64,000 nt of DNA from Minutocellus sp. GHC0000111 (lineage: Eukaryota): the NCBI GenBank assembly GCA_977018835.1, contig OZ361256.1, forward strand, positions 6,758,001-6,822,000. Direction: 5' to 3'. This document shows positions 55,975 to 64,000 of this stretch, piece by piece. Made by a program: the position numbers and the translations under genes. Under the pieces are notes generated by a model that saw only the letters and a program-made list of their open reading frames with translations, did not search any database and was not told where the DNA came from. Position 1 is the stretch's first letter, and every line of letters starts with the position of its first letter.

Positions 55975-58425
55975 ATGTCTTCTACTACTCGGGGCAGCAT
56001 CGGCGCACTGGTTGCCTGCACGGCAGTAGTTTCGGCGGCAGCCGGCGCAGCATTGGCGGGCGCGGTCATGACACATCGGCAGCGCCGCAAAAGAAGGCCA
56101 TTATCATCGCGTGGTCATGCTGCTAATGCTGGTGACGAGCCAAAAGAGAAGCTGGAGGACGATACTGCGCAGACGGCTCCAATGGAAACGGCAGCAAGCG
56201 ACCATCATATTGCGCGGGGGAGCGATCAGAATCCATCATCGTGTTGTGTCGGAGAATCTTCAGATTCGGGACGACTTCCAGCTCAATCGCCTCAGCATGA
56301 GCATGTTACCATGGAAGCCAGCACATGCACCGATGGTGCTACATGGAGCACGCGCAGACCAAGTTATGTGGGCAAATTGAACGACGAATCGACCTCGGCA
56401 CAAAAGCCACCGGATCTGCCCGCACCTCCTGCACCATCGCTGTCCAGATCGGTATCGGAAAATGCACAACGACCACGCGCCGTCCGACGATCGTCCCTCC
56501 GAAACATTGGTGAATCATCTGGTACCGACGGTGCTGATGGGTCCAGAGGGGGCGGGCGGAGGCAAATGGCTCGAAGAGTGAGCTTCTCCAATGCGGCTTC
56601 GGCCCTGCCAAACATATGCACGACCGATTTTGTCAGCGGCCTCGATGAACAGCTTTCGCAACGAAGGCGGCGAGGCATCAAGGAACGGTCAGGAAGCTTC
56701 GATAGCAGTGTGGCATCATCCTTTTCTTCTCATGGTGACGAGACCGACCATTATGGCGGCGGTGGCAGCGACCAAGGCACGCCGATGTCGTCACCACCAC
56801 TTCCTTTTCCCAGCAGCAGTGAAAGTCGAAGGGAAAGTATGACCACGGTGGAAATCGGGGAGGACGAAGGTGGATTTACAGAGGACGACGCAGTTCGAGA
56901 TCTTGAGGAGTTTGAATCGACGGTAGTGTCCAAAATCACTGATCTGAAGGAAAGCTTGACGCTGCTCCGACGAACGCGGACTGTTGCCAAAATATCACAT
57001 CGGCTCATGGCGGCGCCTGATGAGACGGCATGCTTCGAGGAGGTCACAAAGCTCTTTGTGCCCTTGTTCAGGGTCGACCGGTGTTCTTATGCGCTGCTCG
57101 TGGATGCCAATCACTTTACAATACGAAAGGTGACCGTGCATCGGCGAGATCATGCCACCAAGTTGGGGATAGACTTTGAGCAGAGCGATAGCAGGATTCC
57201 TTTGGAGGATTCGGCTGTTGGTCATTGTGCCAAGACATTGGAGCCTCTGTACACTCCTCGCACAAAGGAATCAAAGTTCAAGTTGCACAAAAAGATTCAC
57301 GCGATGGGTCTCAACACAGTATTGACGACGCCCATTCTCGTCAATGGGAACAAATTTGCGGGGTGCTTGAACATGGGACTGGTAGAAGAAGATGCCTTGA
57401 CCAAACACGATCAACTTTTGGTGAAGGACATTGCCGCTATTCTGGGAGCAAGTATTTATGCCAAGAGAATGCAGCGAGCCATTGAGGCGTCGAATCGAGT
57501 TTCACAAGAATTGCTCCATTCATTTATCCCACCAAAAGTTTTGGGAAAGATAGAGTGCTATTGGGATGTAGAGTCGGAAGAATATCAATCTCTCAGTCGA
57601 CGGAGCAGCCGTGGTTCATTGGCATCTTCCCGTCGTTCTTCCATGTCTTCTTTTGATGATGATACCGATGCCGATGCTGAAGGTAAAAAGAGCCGACGTG
57701 CTAGGTGGCAGGAAGTGAAAGGCCAATTAAGCTTTGTCAACGGTATCGAGGCAGTTGGCGACGATAATATCGGTGTTACCATTGATACATCCGCAATTGA
57801 TTTTGATCAAGGTACTGGTGGCGTGACACAGGCACTTTACGCAGAAGATTTTGAACAAGTTTGTATCGTATTCACAGACATTGTTGGATTTTCCAAGATT
57901 TCACTTGACCTGGCACCAATCGAAGTGATGGACATGATTCAAGCTCTATTCAGTCGATTCGACGAGCTTTGCGATTTATATGGGGTGCTGAAATTAGAAA
58001 CCATTGGTGATGCGTATCTTTGTTCTACTGGCTTGATGGAGGAGGATGATAACAAAAATGATGATGGGGGGAGAGATGCCGCGATGCGTGCCCTGGATAT
58101 GGCACGAGATATGGTTCTTGCGGCCTACGAAGTAAGAGTTCCACGTAGTCAATCGGGTGAAACACTTCAGATTCGCGTCGGTATACATGTTGGCCCAATC
58201 ACTGCCGGTGTTTTAGGCCACCGGATGCCAAAATTTTCCTGTTTCGGCTCGGCAGTAAATATGGCAGCTCGGATGGAGCAAACGAGTCTCCCCAGCAAGA
58301 TTCGCGTTACAGAGAATTTCCATGATCTTGTGGGAGACTACGAAGCCGGTTGGGAAGACCGCGAGATGATTGAGGTGAAGAATATGGGTGAGGTCGTCAC
58401 ATATTTGCTGAATCCAGTGGAGTAG
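55975..58425 (+). CDS. GAF + class III adenylate/guanylate cyclase with an N-terminal TM anchor
   Basis: GAF-like region (VDRCSY..VGHC..TPILVNG..GCLN); LLHSFIP, FTDIVGF, KLETIGDAY, RVGIHVG and FGSAVNMAARME. Confidence 0.92.
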   Translation: MSSTTRGSIGALVACTAVVSAAAGAALAGAVMTHRQRRKRRPLSSRGHAANAGDEPKEKLEDDTAQTAPMETAASDHHIARGSDQNPSSCCVGESSDSGRLPAQSPQHEHVTMEASTCTDGATWSTRRPSYVGKLNDESTSAQKPPDLPAPPAPSLSRSVSENAQRPRAVRRSSLRNIGESSGTDGADGSRGGGRRQMARRVSFSNAASALPNICTTDFVSGLDEQLSQRRRRGIKERSGSFDSSVASSFSSHGDETDHYGGGGSDQGTPMSSPPLPFPSSSESRRESMTTVEIGEDEGGFTEDDAVRDLEEFESTVVSKITDLKESLTLLRRTRTVAKISHRLMAAPDETACFEEVTKLFVPLFRVDRCSYALLVDANHFTIRKVTVHRRDHATKLGIDFEQSDSRIPLEDSAVGHCAKTLEPLYTPRTKESKFKLHKKIHAMGLNTVLTTPILVNGNKFAGCLNMGLVEEDALTKHDQLLVKDIAAILGASIYAKRMQRAIEASNRVSQELLHSFIPPKVLGKIECYWDVESEEYQSLSRRSSRGSLASSRRSSMSSFDDDTDADAEGKKSRRARWQEVKGQLSFVNGIEAVGDDNIGVTIDTSAIDFDQGTGGVTQALYAEDFEQVCIVFTDIVGFSKISLDLAPIEVMDMIQALFSRFDELCDLYGVLKLETIGDAYLCSTGLMEEDDNKNDDGGRDAAMRALDMARDMVLAAYEVRVPRSQSGETLQIRVGIHVGPITAGVLGHRMPKFSCFGSAVNMAARMEQTSLPSKIRVTENFHDLVGDYEAGWEDREMIEVKNMGEVVTYLLNPVE

Positions 58426-58522
58426 ACTTTTCTACATGGCATGCAGTGATGTTCAGATATAGATATTAATTGAAGTAAAGTAAAGCGCTACGTAGCTAGC
58501 TATTGTGAAATTGTATTTCTCC

Positions 58523-60172
58523 CTATATCTCGTCTCCTCCCATTGGTTTGTATTGAAAAATGTCTCCAAATTCGCCACGAAGAAGAGACAGGCCAAGCAC
58601 GGACGTAAGCATGGCAGGGTTAGTAAAGAGCAATGCTGGCAATCCGGACGAACCGATTCCAGGAGCAAACTCGCATGCCGCACAACCGAGACCATACCCC
58701 GCGACAGATGCAGCAAAGTAGTACGGAATTGCCGTTGTAGCATCGTCGGAGCTTGACGAATCAAATCTCAGAGCATGCGTCGATAAGAGTGATGGGAATA
58801 CTGCATCGCCAAGCCCTAGCAAGTCAGTCACACGTCCCCTCAGCCGAACTTCCAAAAGCCCCGGCTGCCACAACGACGTGTCATCGACCTTGGACATGGC
58901 CACTGCTCCCATTGCTGATGATGCAGCGGTGCTACTAGAAGTAGCAGTCGCCGAAGTTGCTGCTGCCACACCTGTTGCTGCATTTGTCATTTCGCCTCCC
59001 GATGACGCCAGCGACTGACTTCCCAACTCGACCAACATCATGCCCACCGAGTAGACATCGTACACCACGAGCAGGAGCAGTGCCGCGACAATTGGAGACA
59101 ACTTGGGAATTTGAACTGCCCTGACGACACCGATACCCAGACAAGAGCAGACCAGATTTCTAATCGGCCAAGCAAGTGATGCCGGGGCCAGATATGCCAA
59201 GCCAACAAGTGCAGCACTGGCAGGTAATATTGCTTGTGTGGGCTGCAATGTATTGCTCGTGTCCTGGTCGCTTTCCCCAGTTGGATTCTCTTGAACAGCA
59301 GTTGGATCGGCAAACCAAGCCGCAATACCCCTACCAACTTCAGCTCGGACAAACAAACCAATGACTGCCACATTCGACAGTTGTACCAGGATGGGTAGGA
59401 ATGATCGAAGGCTTTCCATTATGGCTTCCAGTTGTTCTGCAAACGCCGAATCTTCTGCTGACACATCCGCAAATAATCCACTGTCGCCACCATTTTGGAT
59501 CTGAAGCAACAGTATGGAAAGAAATAGACTCGATACAACCACCGCCGGTAAGGCAGCACTCTGTGCTGTTGGTGATACGGCATCCAGCGCTCTCAGCTCT
59601 TCAAATCGAGTGTCGTCTGCGAGATCGAGTCCACCTCCGTCGTTACCGTCGGTTTTGGGCAATATTTCCGCTGTAAGAGATTGGAGTCGTTCGCCCAAGT
59701 TGGGACTGTCGGTGGCACCACGTGAGGAACCAATTATTACGATTGATGACGCGACCAGATAAATATATACTCGCTTGGCAATGGAGAGGGCGGCGTACAT
59801 CTTCAGGTTGAATAATATTGGGAGGGAGAGGGACAGCAGGGGTAATGCGAGGAATAGAAAGGCCGATGATATTTGGTCGGAAATGAGAGGGGGCCGTGAT
59901 GATGAGGAGGATTGTGATGGCGGTTGAATGGTTGTTGAATCATTGTTTGTTGACTTTGCGAGGTGCAATTGGGATGTTGTTGCTGCTATTGTTGGTGGGG
60001 ATAAGAATGACGTGGTGGATGATTGTGGAGGTGGTATTCGTCGGTAGGAAGTACTGGAGGGGAGACTTGTGCATGTTTGATATGGACTAAATGCCGAGGT
60101 AAATGCAGATTCCAGCAACAGGCAGAGCAATGTGCTGCGTGTGCTGGTACGGGCGAGGCGCTGCTGCATCAT
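58523..60172 (-). CDS. Signal-peptide-peptidase-like intramembrane aspartyl protease (A22B), with probable plastid targeting
   Basis: LLVVYD, LGLGD and LPALL motifs; multiple TMs; TSAF followed by a Ser/Thr-rich transit-like segment. Confidence 0.85.
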   Translation of the reverse strand: MMQQRLARTSTRSTLLCLLLESAFTSAFSPYQTCTSLPSSTSYRRIPPPQSSTTSFLSPPTIAATTSQLHLAKSTNNDSTTIQPPSQSSSSSRPPLISDQISSAFLFLALPLLSLSLPILFNLKMYAALSIAKRVYIYLVASSIVIIGSSRGATDSPNLGERLQSLTAEILPKTDGNDGGGLDLADDTRFEELRALDAVSPTAQSAALPAVVVSSLFLSILLLQIQNGGDSGLFADVSAEDSAFAEQLEAIMESLRSFLPILVQLSNVAVIGLFVRAEVGRGIAAWFADPTAVQENPTGESDQDTSNTLQPTQAILPASAALVGLAYLAPASLAWPIRNLVCSCLGIGVVRAVQIPKLSPIVAALLLLVVYDVYSVGMMLVELGSQSLASSGGEMTNAATGVAAATSATATSSSTAASSAMGAVAMSKVDDTSLWQPGLLEVRLRGRVTDLLGLGDAVFPSLLSTHALRFDSSSSDDATTAIPYYFAASVAGYGLGCAACEFAPGIGSSGLPALLFTNPAMLTSVLGLSLLRGEFGDIFQYKPMGGDEI

Positions 60173-60313
60173 GCAATGGATGCTGGTGAGGGAGCGGCGT
60201 AAGGGGAGCAGAAGGAGCCAAGTGAAAAAGTGATGAAGTGAAGATCGCAAATTTGTGTTTGTTTGCAAGGTACATATACCATAATAATCACCAAGGAAGA
60301 CAGCAAAAATTGT

Positions 60314-60384
60314 GTGCCAGTGGTTTAGTGGTAAAATTCAACGTTGCCATCGTTGAGCCCCGAGTTCGATTCTCGGCTGGCGCA
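60314..60384 (+). tRNA. trnG-GCC: tRNA-Gly, anticodon GCC (60346-60348)
   Basis: Acceptor stem GTGCCAG/CTGGCGC, A-box TGGTTTAGTGG, anticodon arm CAACG-TTGCCAT-CGTTG, T arm CCGAG-TTCGATT-CTCGG and a downstream T4 run. Confidence 0.97.
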
Positions 60385-60593
60385 TGTCCCACTCTTTTGC
60401 CTCCCAGGGCCATCCTTTTGGACCCGGGGGGTCTTGTTTTGGTCCTGGAAGGTGCTGGGGTGGGTTTGGGGAGAATGGGGGTTGTTGGGCGTTGGGCGTC
60501 GGTGGAGGTCGGAGTGTACCTTTCGCTTTCAGAGGTTTTGTTAACATAATACCAATGACCCTACCCAAAAATCGCGAAAATCAGCTCATGAAA

Positions 60594-60810
60594 CATCACC
60601 TCACGCGTAGTTTGTTAGTGAAAATTGCCTCCGGGGGGATGCACAGTACTCGCTTGCTCGCCAAGGTCTACGTGCTCCATTTACACTGCAGCTTGCCACT
60701 GGGGTCTACTACCTGCAGTGTAAATGGAGCACGTAGATATTGGCAAGGGAGCAAGTGCTATTCATCCCCCCGGAGGCAATTTTCACTAACAAACTACGCG
60801 TGAGGTGATG
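60594..60810. repeat. Long inverted repeat: 98-bp arms (60594-60691 / 60713-60810) with a 21-nt loop
   Basis: The arms are reverse complements. The outer 48 bp and inner 25 bp are perfect; 9 mismatches lie within the middle 25 bp. Confidence 0.97.
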
Positions 60811-60995
60811 AGAAAAGTCGCAAAAATTCCCAAGTTTACCCGCAGGGCAAACTTTACCCGCGGAAAGAAAAAGAGGAGAAAGAAGGAAAAAGAAGGAAAA
60901 GGGAGCGAAATGATAAAAGCATCTCTGCTCGGCGAGTCTACATGTCACTACCGGTAACTTCATGTTTACTACATGTGTTGGTAATGAATGATTAC

Positions 60996-63356
60996 TTATT
61001 TACGAAACATCCCAAAAAGACCCCCATTGGACCTCGGCCATGCATTGTCTGGTAATTTCTGGGCATTCGCTCCCACTCCTAGCACCTGCGCTGTCAACCT
61101 GCTTTTGGTGAGATTCTTATTCATCTTGCTTGCCAACCACCGACGGACTTCAAGATCTAAAGCCTTTCCTTTTGCCACTAGTTCGGCCTCATCGATCTCG
61201 GCTGCTCTAAACACATCATCCTGATCTTTTGTGACAGCTGCATCAACCACACGCATTGCCAACTTATGTTTTGTCTTTTCATTGCGATCAAAAGCCCTGG
61301 GAAGTATTGCCAGCGGCGGAGGCATGGATTCATACGACGACCCTGACTTCAGCTTTCCAGATCGAGCCAATTCTATTACTATTTCGCTCATGAGCGGCCA
61401 CTTATTCTTCTTTTTGCCCCCAGCGCTGCTGACAGTTGACAACTGCTCCGTCGTTGGTAGCGGTGGAGGCCGAAGAGCCGTCGGCAGCGGTGGCGCTCCT
61501 CCAACCATTCTCCTTGCTATGGCAACCGGCGATACTGCAATGGCAGATATTGCGGTGCCGATAATGTCAGAACCTCCAGCGGTGCGCTGCCGCACGTTTC
61601 GGCCAGGGGATCGCGGTGGGGATGGCTCTCTTCGTCGGATGGTGCCACCGGCAGGTCTACTGGTACCAGCAACCGCCGAATCAACACCACCAGAAGCAAT
61701 CAATGGCACCGATGTTCCATTTAGCGCCCTTGCATCCGATTTTTGTAGCTGAGTCTCAAGGTGACATATTGTTCTTGCGTTGGTTGCTGCCAAAGCCTTC
61801 AAATCGGCAATCTCCTTCCGCAAATCTGATACTAAACGATTGTTTTCAGCTACCACAGTAGCAAGCTCCTCCTCAGCGGATGAATACGGTGCATTGATGG
61901 CCTTGAAATCATCTGCCACCTTCCTTGACCACCCCTTCAATTGAGACAGATCAATACCGAGCTCGTCCCCCACATTCATCATCCGACGAACGGCAGGGCC
62001 TGCAACTCCAAGAAAAGACAGCTTCGTCGAAAAATTCATAATGTTGGTGGCCAGCACCTCCCGTACCAGCTGCCGTAGCCTCCCTCCAGCCTTGAAATCA
62101 GGCATTGTCATTGGATATAATTTGTCTGCAAACCGACCCAAAAGAGCCATGTCGTCAGGCAAAGTGCTGATGGCAATGAGCCGAGGAGGACGGTGGGACT
62201 TCCGAGGAGAGGGATGGCCAGCAAGAGACCTCATTGGCACATGTTGCATCGCCCGCCGAGATAGCACGTAGTGCCTGGTGTTATCAGCAGGAGCGTGGCC
62301 TGATCGTGCCGTGAGCTCTGGATGATTCACCGACGGATCTTCGTGAAGGTGGGTAGTGCCGCCGTATCGCATGCTTCGACCAGATATGCTGTCCCGTATT
62401 GAATCCGGCAGATCATCTCGCAAGGTTTCGGTGAGGGTCTTGGAAGTCCAGGAATCGCTTCGAACCTGGCACATCGGTACAACAAAGGCCTGGAGAAAAC
62501 CTATATTGCCAGAGGAGTTGCAGGTACGAGAGAGGCCACCATCGACGCTCCAGTGGTCACCAAGGGCATCAAATACACAAGTCTCCCACCGGTCATAATC
62601 TGTACAGAAGGTAGTCGGCCTGGTCGTGCCATTCTTCAAGTCCTTCCAGTCAGCAGCAGCACAATTACCGACGGGATCATATGTCATGCCCTGGTAGTTG
62701 AGATATTTCACCTCCCCGGACCGGCCATCGGCGGCATATGTCAAGTTGAGAGCAAGGCGTCGCTGGTGCTTGTCGCCGAGCTTGCTGGTTTTCAGTAGCT
62801 TGCGATTGATGGTGACCATGTCTGGAACATCGTCGGCAAATGGACTGGTGCTGACACCGTCGTGTCCTTCAATAACACCAGCATCGGGGTTGAGGCGAAC
62901 GATGCCGATCTTGCCGGGTACTTCGTCGACACCAGATGTGCCACGGACGCTGTCTCTCTCCAGCTTCTTGACGAGCGCGCCCTTGGAGAGGGTGAACCAG
63001 GTCTCGTCGGTCCAGTCGACGTGGCGGCCGAACCGGTCCTTCAGGTACTCCTTGATGAGGCCGAAGCCGTTGCCGACGCCGTCAGCCTTGAGGAGCTTGT
63101 CCCGGTTGTTCATGTACCTCGGAGGGTTCGTCGACATGTACTCGGCCCAAGAGCACATAATTGATTCGATGTCGCCGGGCGATGCGACGTCTTCGGGCGT
63201 CAAGTCGTCGACAAAGGGAAGACCGATATGCTGAAGATATGCATTGAATCGGGTCTTGTACGATGATAACTCGGGTGGTGCCCTTGGGACTGCCGTGCGG
63301 CGAAGGCCGGCGGTGGCGTTCGTGGCGGCGGTAGCAGCAGTAGTAGCGGCGGCCAT
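60996..63356 (-). CDS. Tyrosine recombinase/integrase (Crypton-like), intronless, ~786 aa
   Basis: LTYAADGRSGEVKYL (Arg I), WKDLKNG (Lys), ISGRSMRYGGTT (Arg II box), ARSGH (His) and TRHYV (Tyr nucleophile), followed by a coiled coil and a basic C-terminal domain. Confidence 0.85.
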   Translation of the reverse strand: MAAATTAATAATNATAGLRRTAVPRAPPELSSYKTRFNAYLQHIGLPFVDDLTPEDVASPGDIESIMCSWAEYMSTNPPRYMNNRDKLLKADGVGNGFGLIKEYLKDRFGRHVDWTDETWFTLSKGALVKKLERDSVRGTSGVDEVPGKIGIVRLNPDAGVIEGHDGVSTSPFADDVPDMVTINRKLLKTSKLGDKHQRRLALNLTYAADGRSGEVKYLNYQGMTYDPVGNCAAADWKDLKNGTTRPTTFCTDYDRWETCVFDALGDHWSVDGGLSRTCNSSGNIGFLQAFVVPMCQVRSDSWTSKTLTETLRDDLPDSIRDSISGRSMRYGGTTHLHEDPSVNHPELTARSGHAPADNTRHYVLSRRAMQHVPMRSLAGHPSPRKSHRPPRLIAISTLPDDMALLGRFADKLYPMTMPDFKAGGRLRQLVREVLATNIMNFSTKLSFLGVAGPAVRRMMNVGDELGIDLSQLKGWSRKVADDFKAINAPYSSAEEELATVVAENNRLVSDLRKEIADLKALAATNARTICHLETQLQKSDARALNGTSVPLIASGGVDSAVAGTSRPAGGTIRRREPSPPRSPGRNVRQRTAGGSDIIGTAISAIAVSPVAIARRMVGGAPPLPTALRPPPLPTTEQLSTVSSAGGKKKNKWPLMSEIVIELARSGKLKSGSSYESMPPPLAILPRAFDRNEKTKHKLAMRVVDAAVTKDQDDVFRAAEIDEAELVAKGKALDLEVRRWLASKMNKNLTKSRLTAQVLGVGANAQKLPDNAWPRSNGGLFGMFRK

Positions 63357-63718
63357 GGTGTCAAAAGACTTCTGTTTTTTATTTTGGCTCGCAGCCAAGA
63401 TGCGCTTTCAGTTGGTGCTTGGCATCGCGGGGAAAATCTTGAAGTCTTCTCGCAGCAAACATGCGAGCCAAACTTTACCCAGGAATCCCCCCGAAACACC
63501 CGGGTAAAGTTCGGAAGAAAGGCGCAAAAATGACAGAACGACGGAAAGACGTTCGTACTGGGAGTGCATTCCTCGGAAGTGGCGAGCGCCATTCTCGTGG
63601 AAAGCGGAACACCATGGCCATGCAGCTACTTGTACGTTTCATCTAACAATGAAATTTCATTCAATTCTTTCATTTTTTCAGTGCAACGAATTAATTAAAT
63701 CACATTCGATCAACTAAA

Positions 63719-64000
63719 ATGGTAGACCCAAAATCTCAGTCCCCCAGCCGTGTGTCTACACGAGCTTCTGTGCCGCTGCTCTGCCGCCGCCGCCCCGCTG
63801 CTGGCAGTGGTGGTGGTGGTGGTGGTGGTGGTGGTAAGCCAGCTGCCAAGAAGGCAAAGGTGACCAGCAGCAAACCAACTAGCCCTCCTCAGGGCAAGAA
63901 GAGGGCTGTCGAGGTCAATCTAAGCTCTGACATTGCTGCTTCTGCTGATGCCGTTTTGTCACCCCACACTGCTGAGAGAAGAAAGTTGCTGCCCCTGCTG
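63719..64000 (+). CDS. Partial ORF divergent from the recombinase, open to the window end; low-complexity poly-Gly and basic N-terminus
   Basis: ATG at 63719 followed by 94 codons without a stop, including a (GGT)n tract, KPAAKKAK and GKKR. Confidence 0.5.
   Translation, partial: MVDPKSQSPSRVSTRASVPLLCRRRPAAGSGGGGGGGGGKPAAKKAKVTSSKPTSPPQGKKRAVEVNLSSDIAASADAVLSPHTAERRKLLPLL

Larger units (their letters stand above)
60385..64000. mobile_element. Putative tyrosine-recombinase mobile element adjacent to the tRNA-Gly 3' end; right boundary unknown
   Basis: Recombinase gene, long inverted repeat and repeated AA(C/G)TTTACCC motifs directly downstream of a tRNA gene. Boundaries are inferred. Confidence 0.55.

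Noticed and set aside
60996..63356. DIRS/Ngaro retrotransposon or contaminating prophage
   Set aside because: No reverse transcriptase, RNase H, gag or phage structural genes in view; the flanking genes and the CCA-less tRNA are eukaryotic.

Overview
Gene-dense eukaryotic DNA from a diatom-like stramenopile. The evidence is short GT-AG introns, ASAF/AFAP bipartite plastid-targeting motifs, a delta carbonic anhydrase and a diatom-type cyclin. About 30 protein-coding loci and one tRNA-Gly(GCC) are supported. The sequence looks poorly polished: many conserved genes carry frameshifts and four in-frame stops occur, so several genes are split in, or missing from, the ORF track. The most interesting region is the right end (60.3-64 kb). 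Directly 3' of the tRNA-Gly gene lie a G-rich tract, a 217-bp inverted repeat with 98-bp arms, and an intact intronless tyrosine-recombinase gene bracketed by copies of an AA(C/G)TTTACCC motif, followed by a divergent ORF that runs off the window. This layout resembles a tRNA-anchored integrative element (Crypton/Starship/genomic-island-like) in a diatom. Other notable items are a prolyl-hydroxylase/GlcNAc-transferase (PhyA-Gnt1-like) fusion, a secreted protein with a phage-type S74 autocleaving chaperone domain, a frameshift-hidden bacterial-type VOC gene, a PEX26/APEM9-like candidate, a truncated FabD copy and a degenerate ~300-bp repeat array in the largest intergenic gap. All family assignments come from motif recognition by eye; no searches were run.
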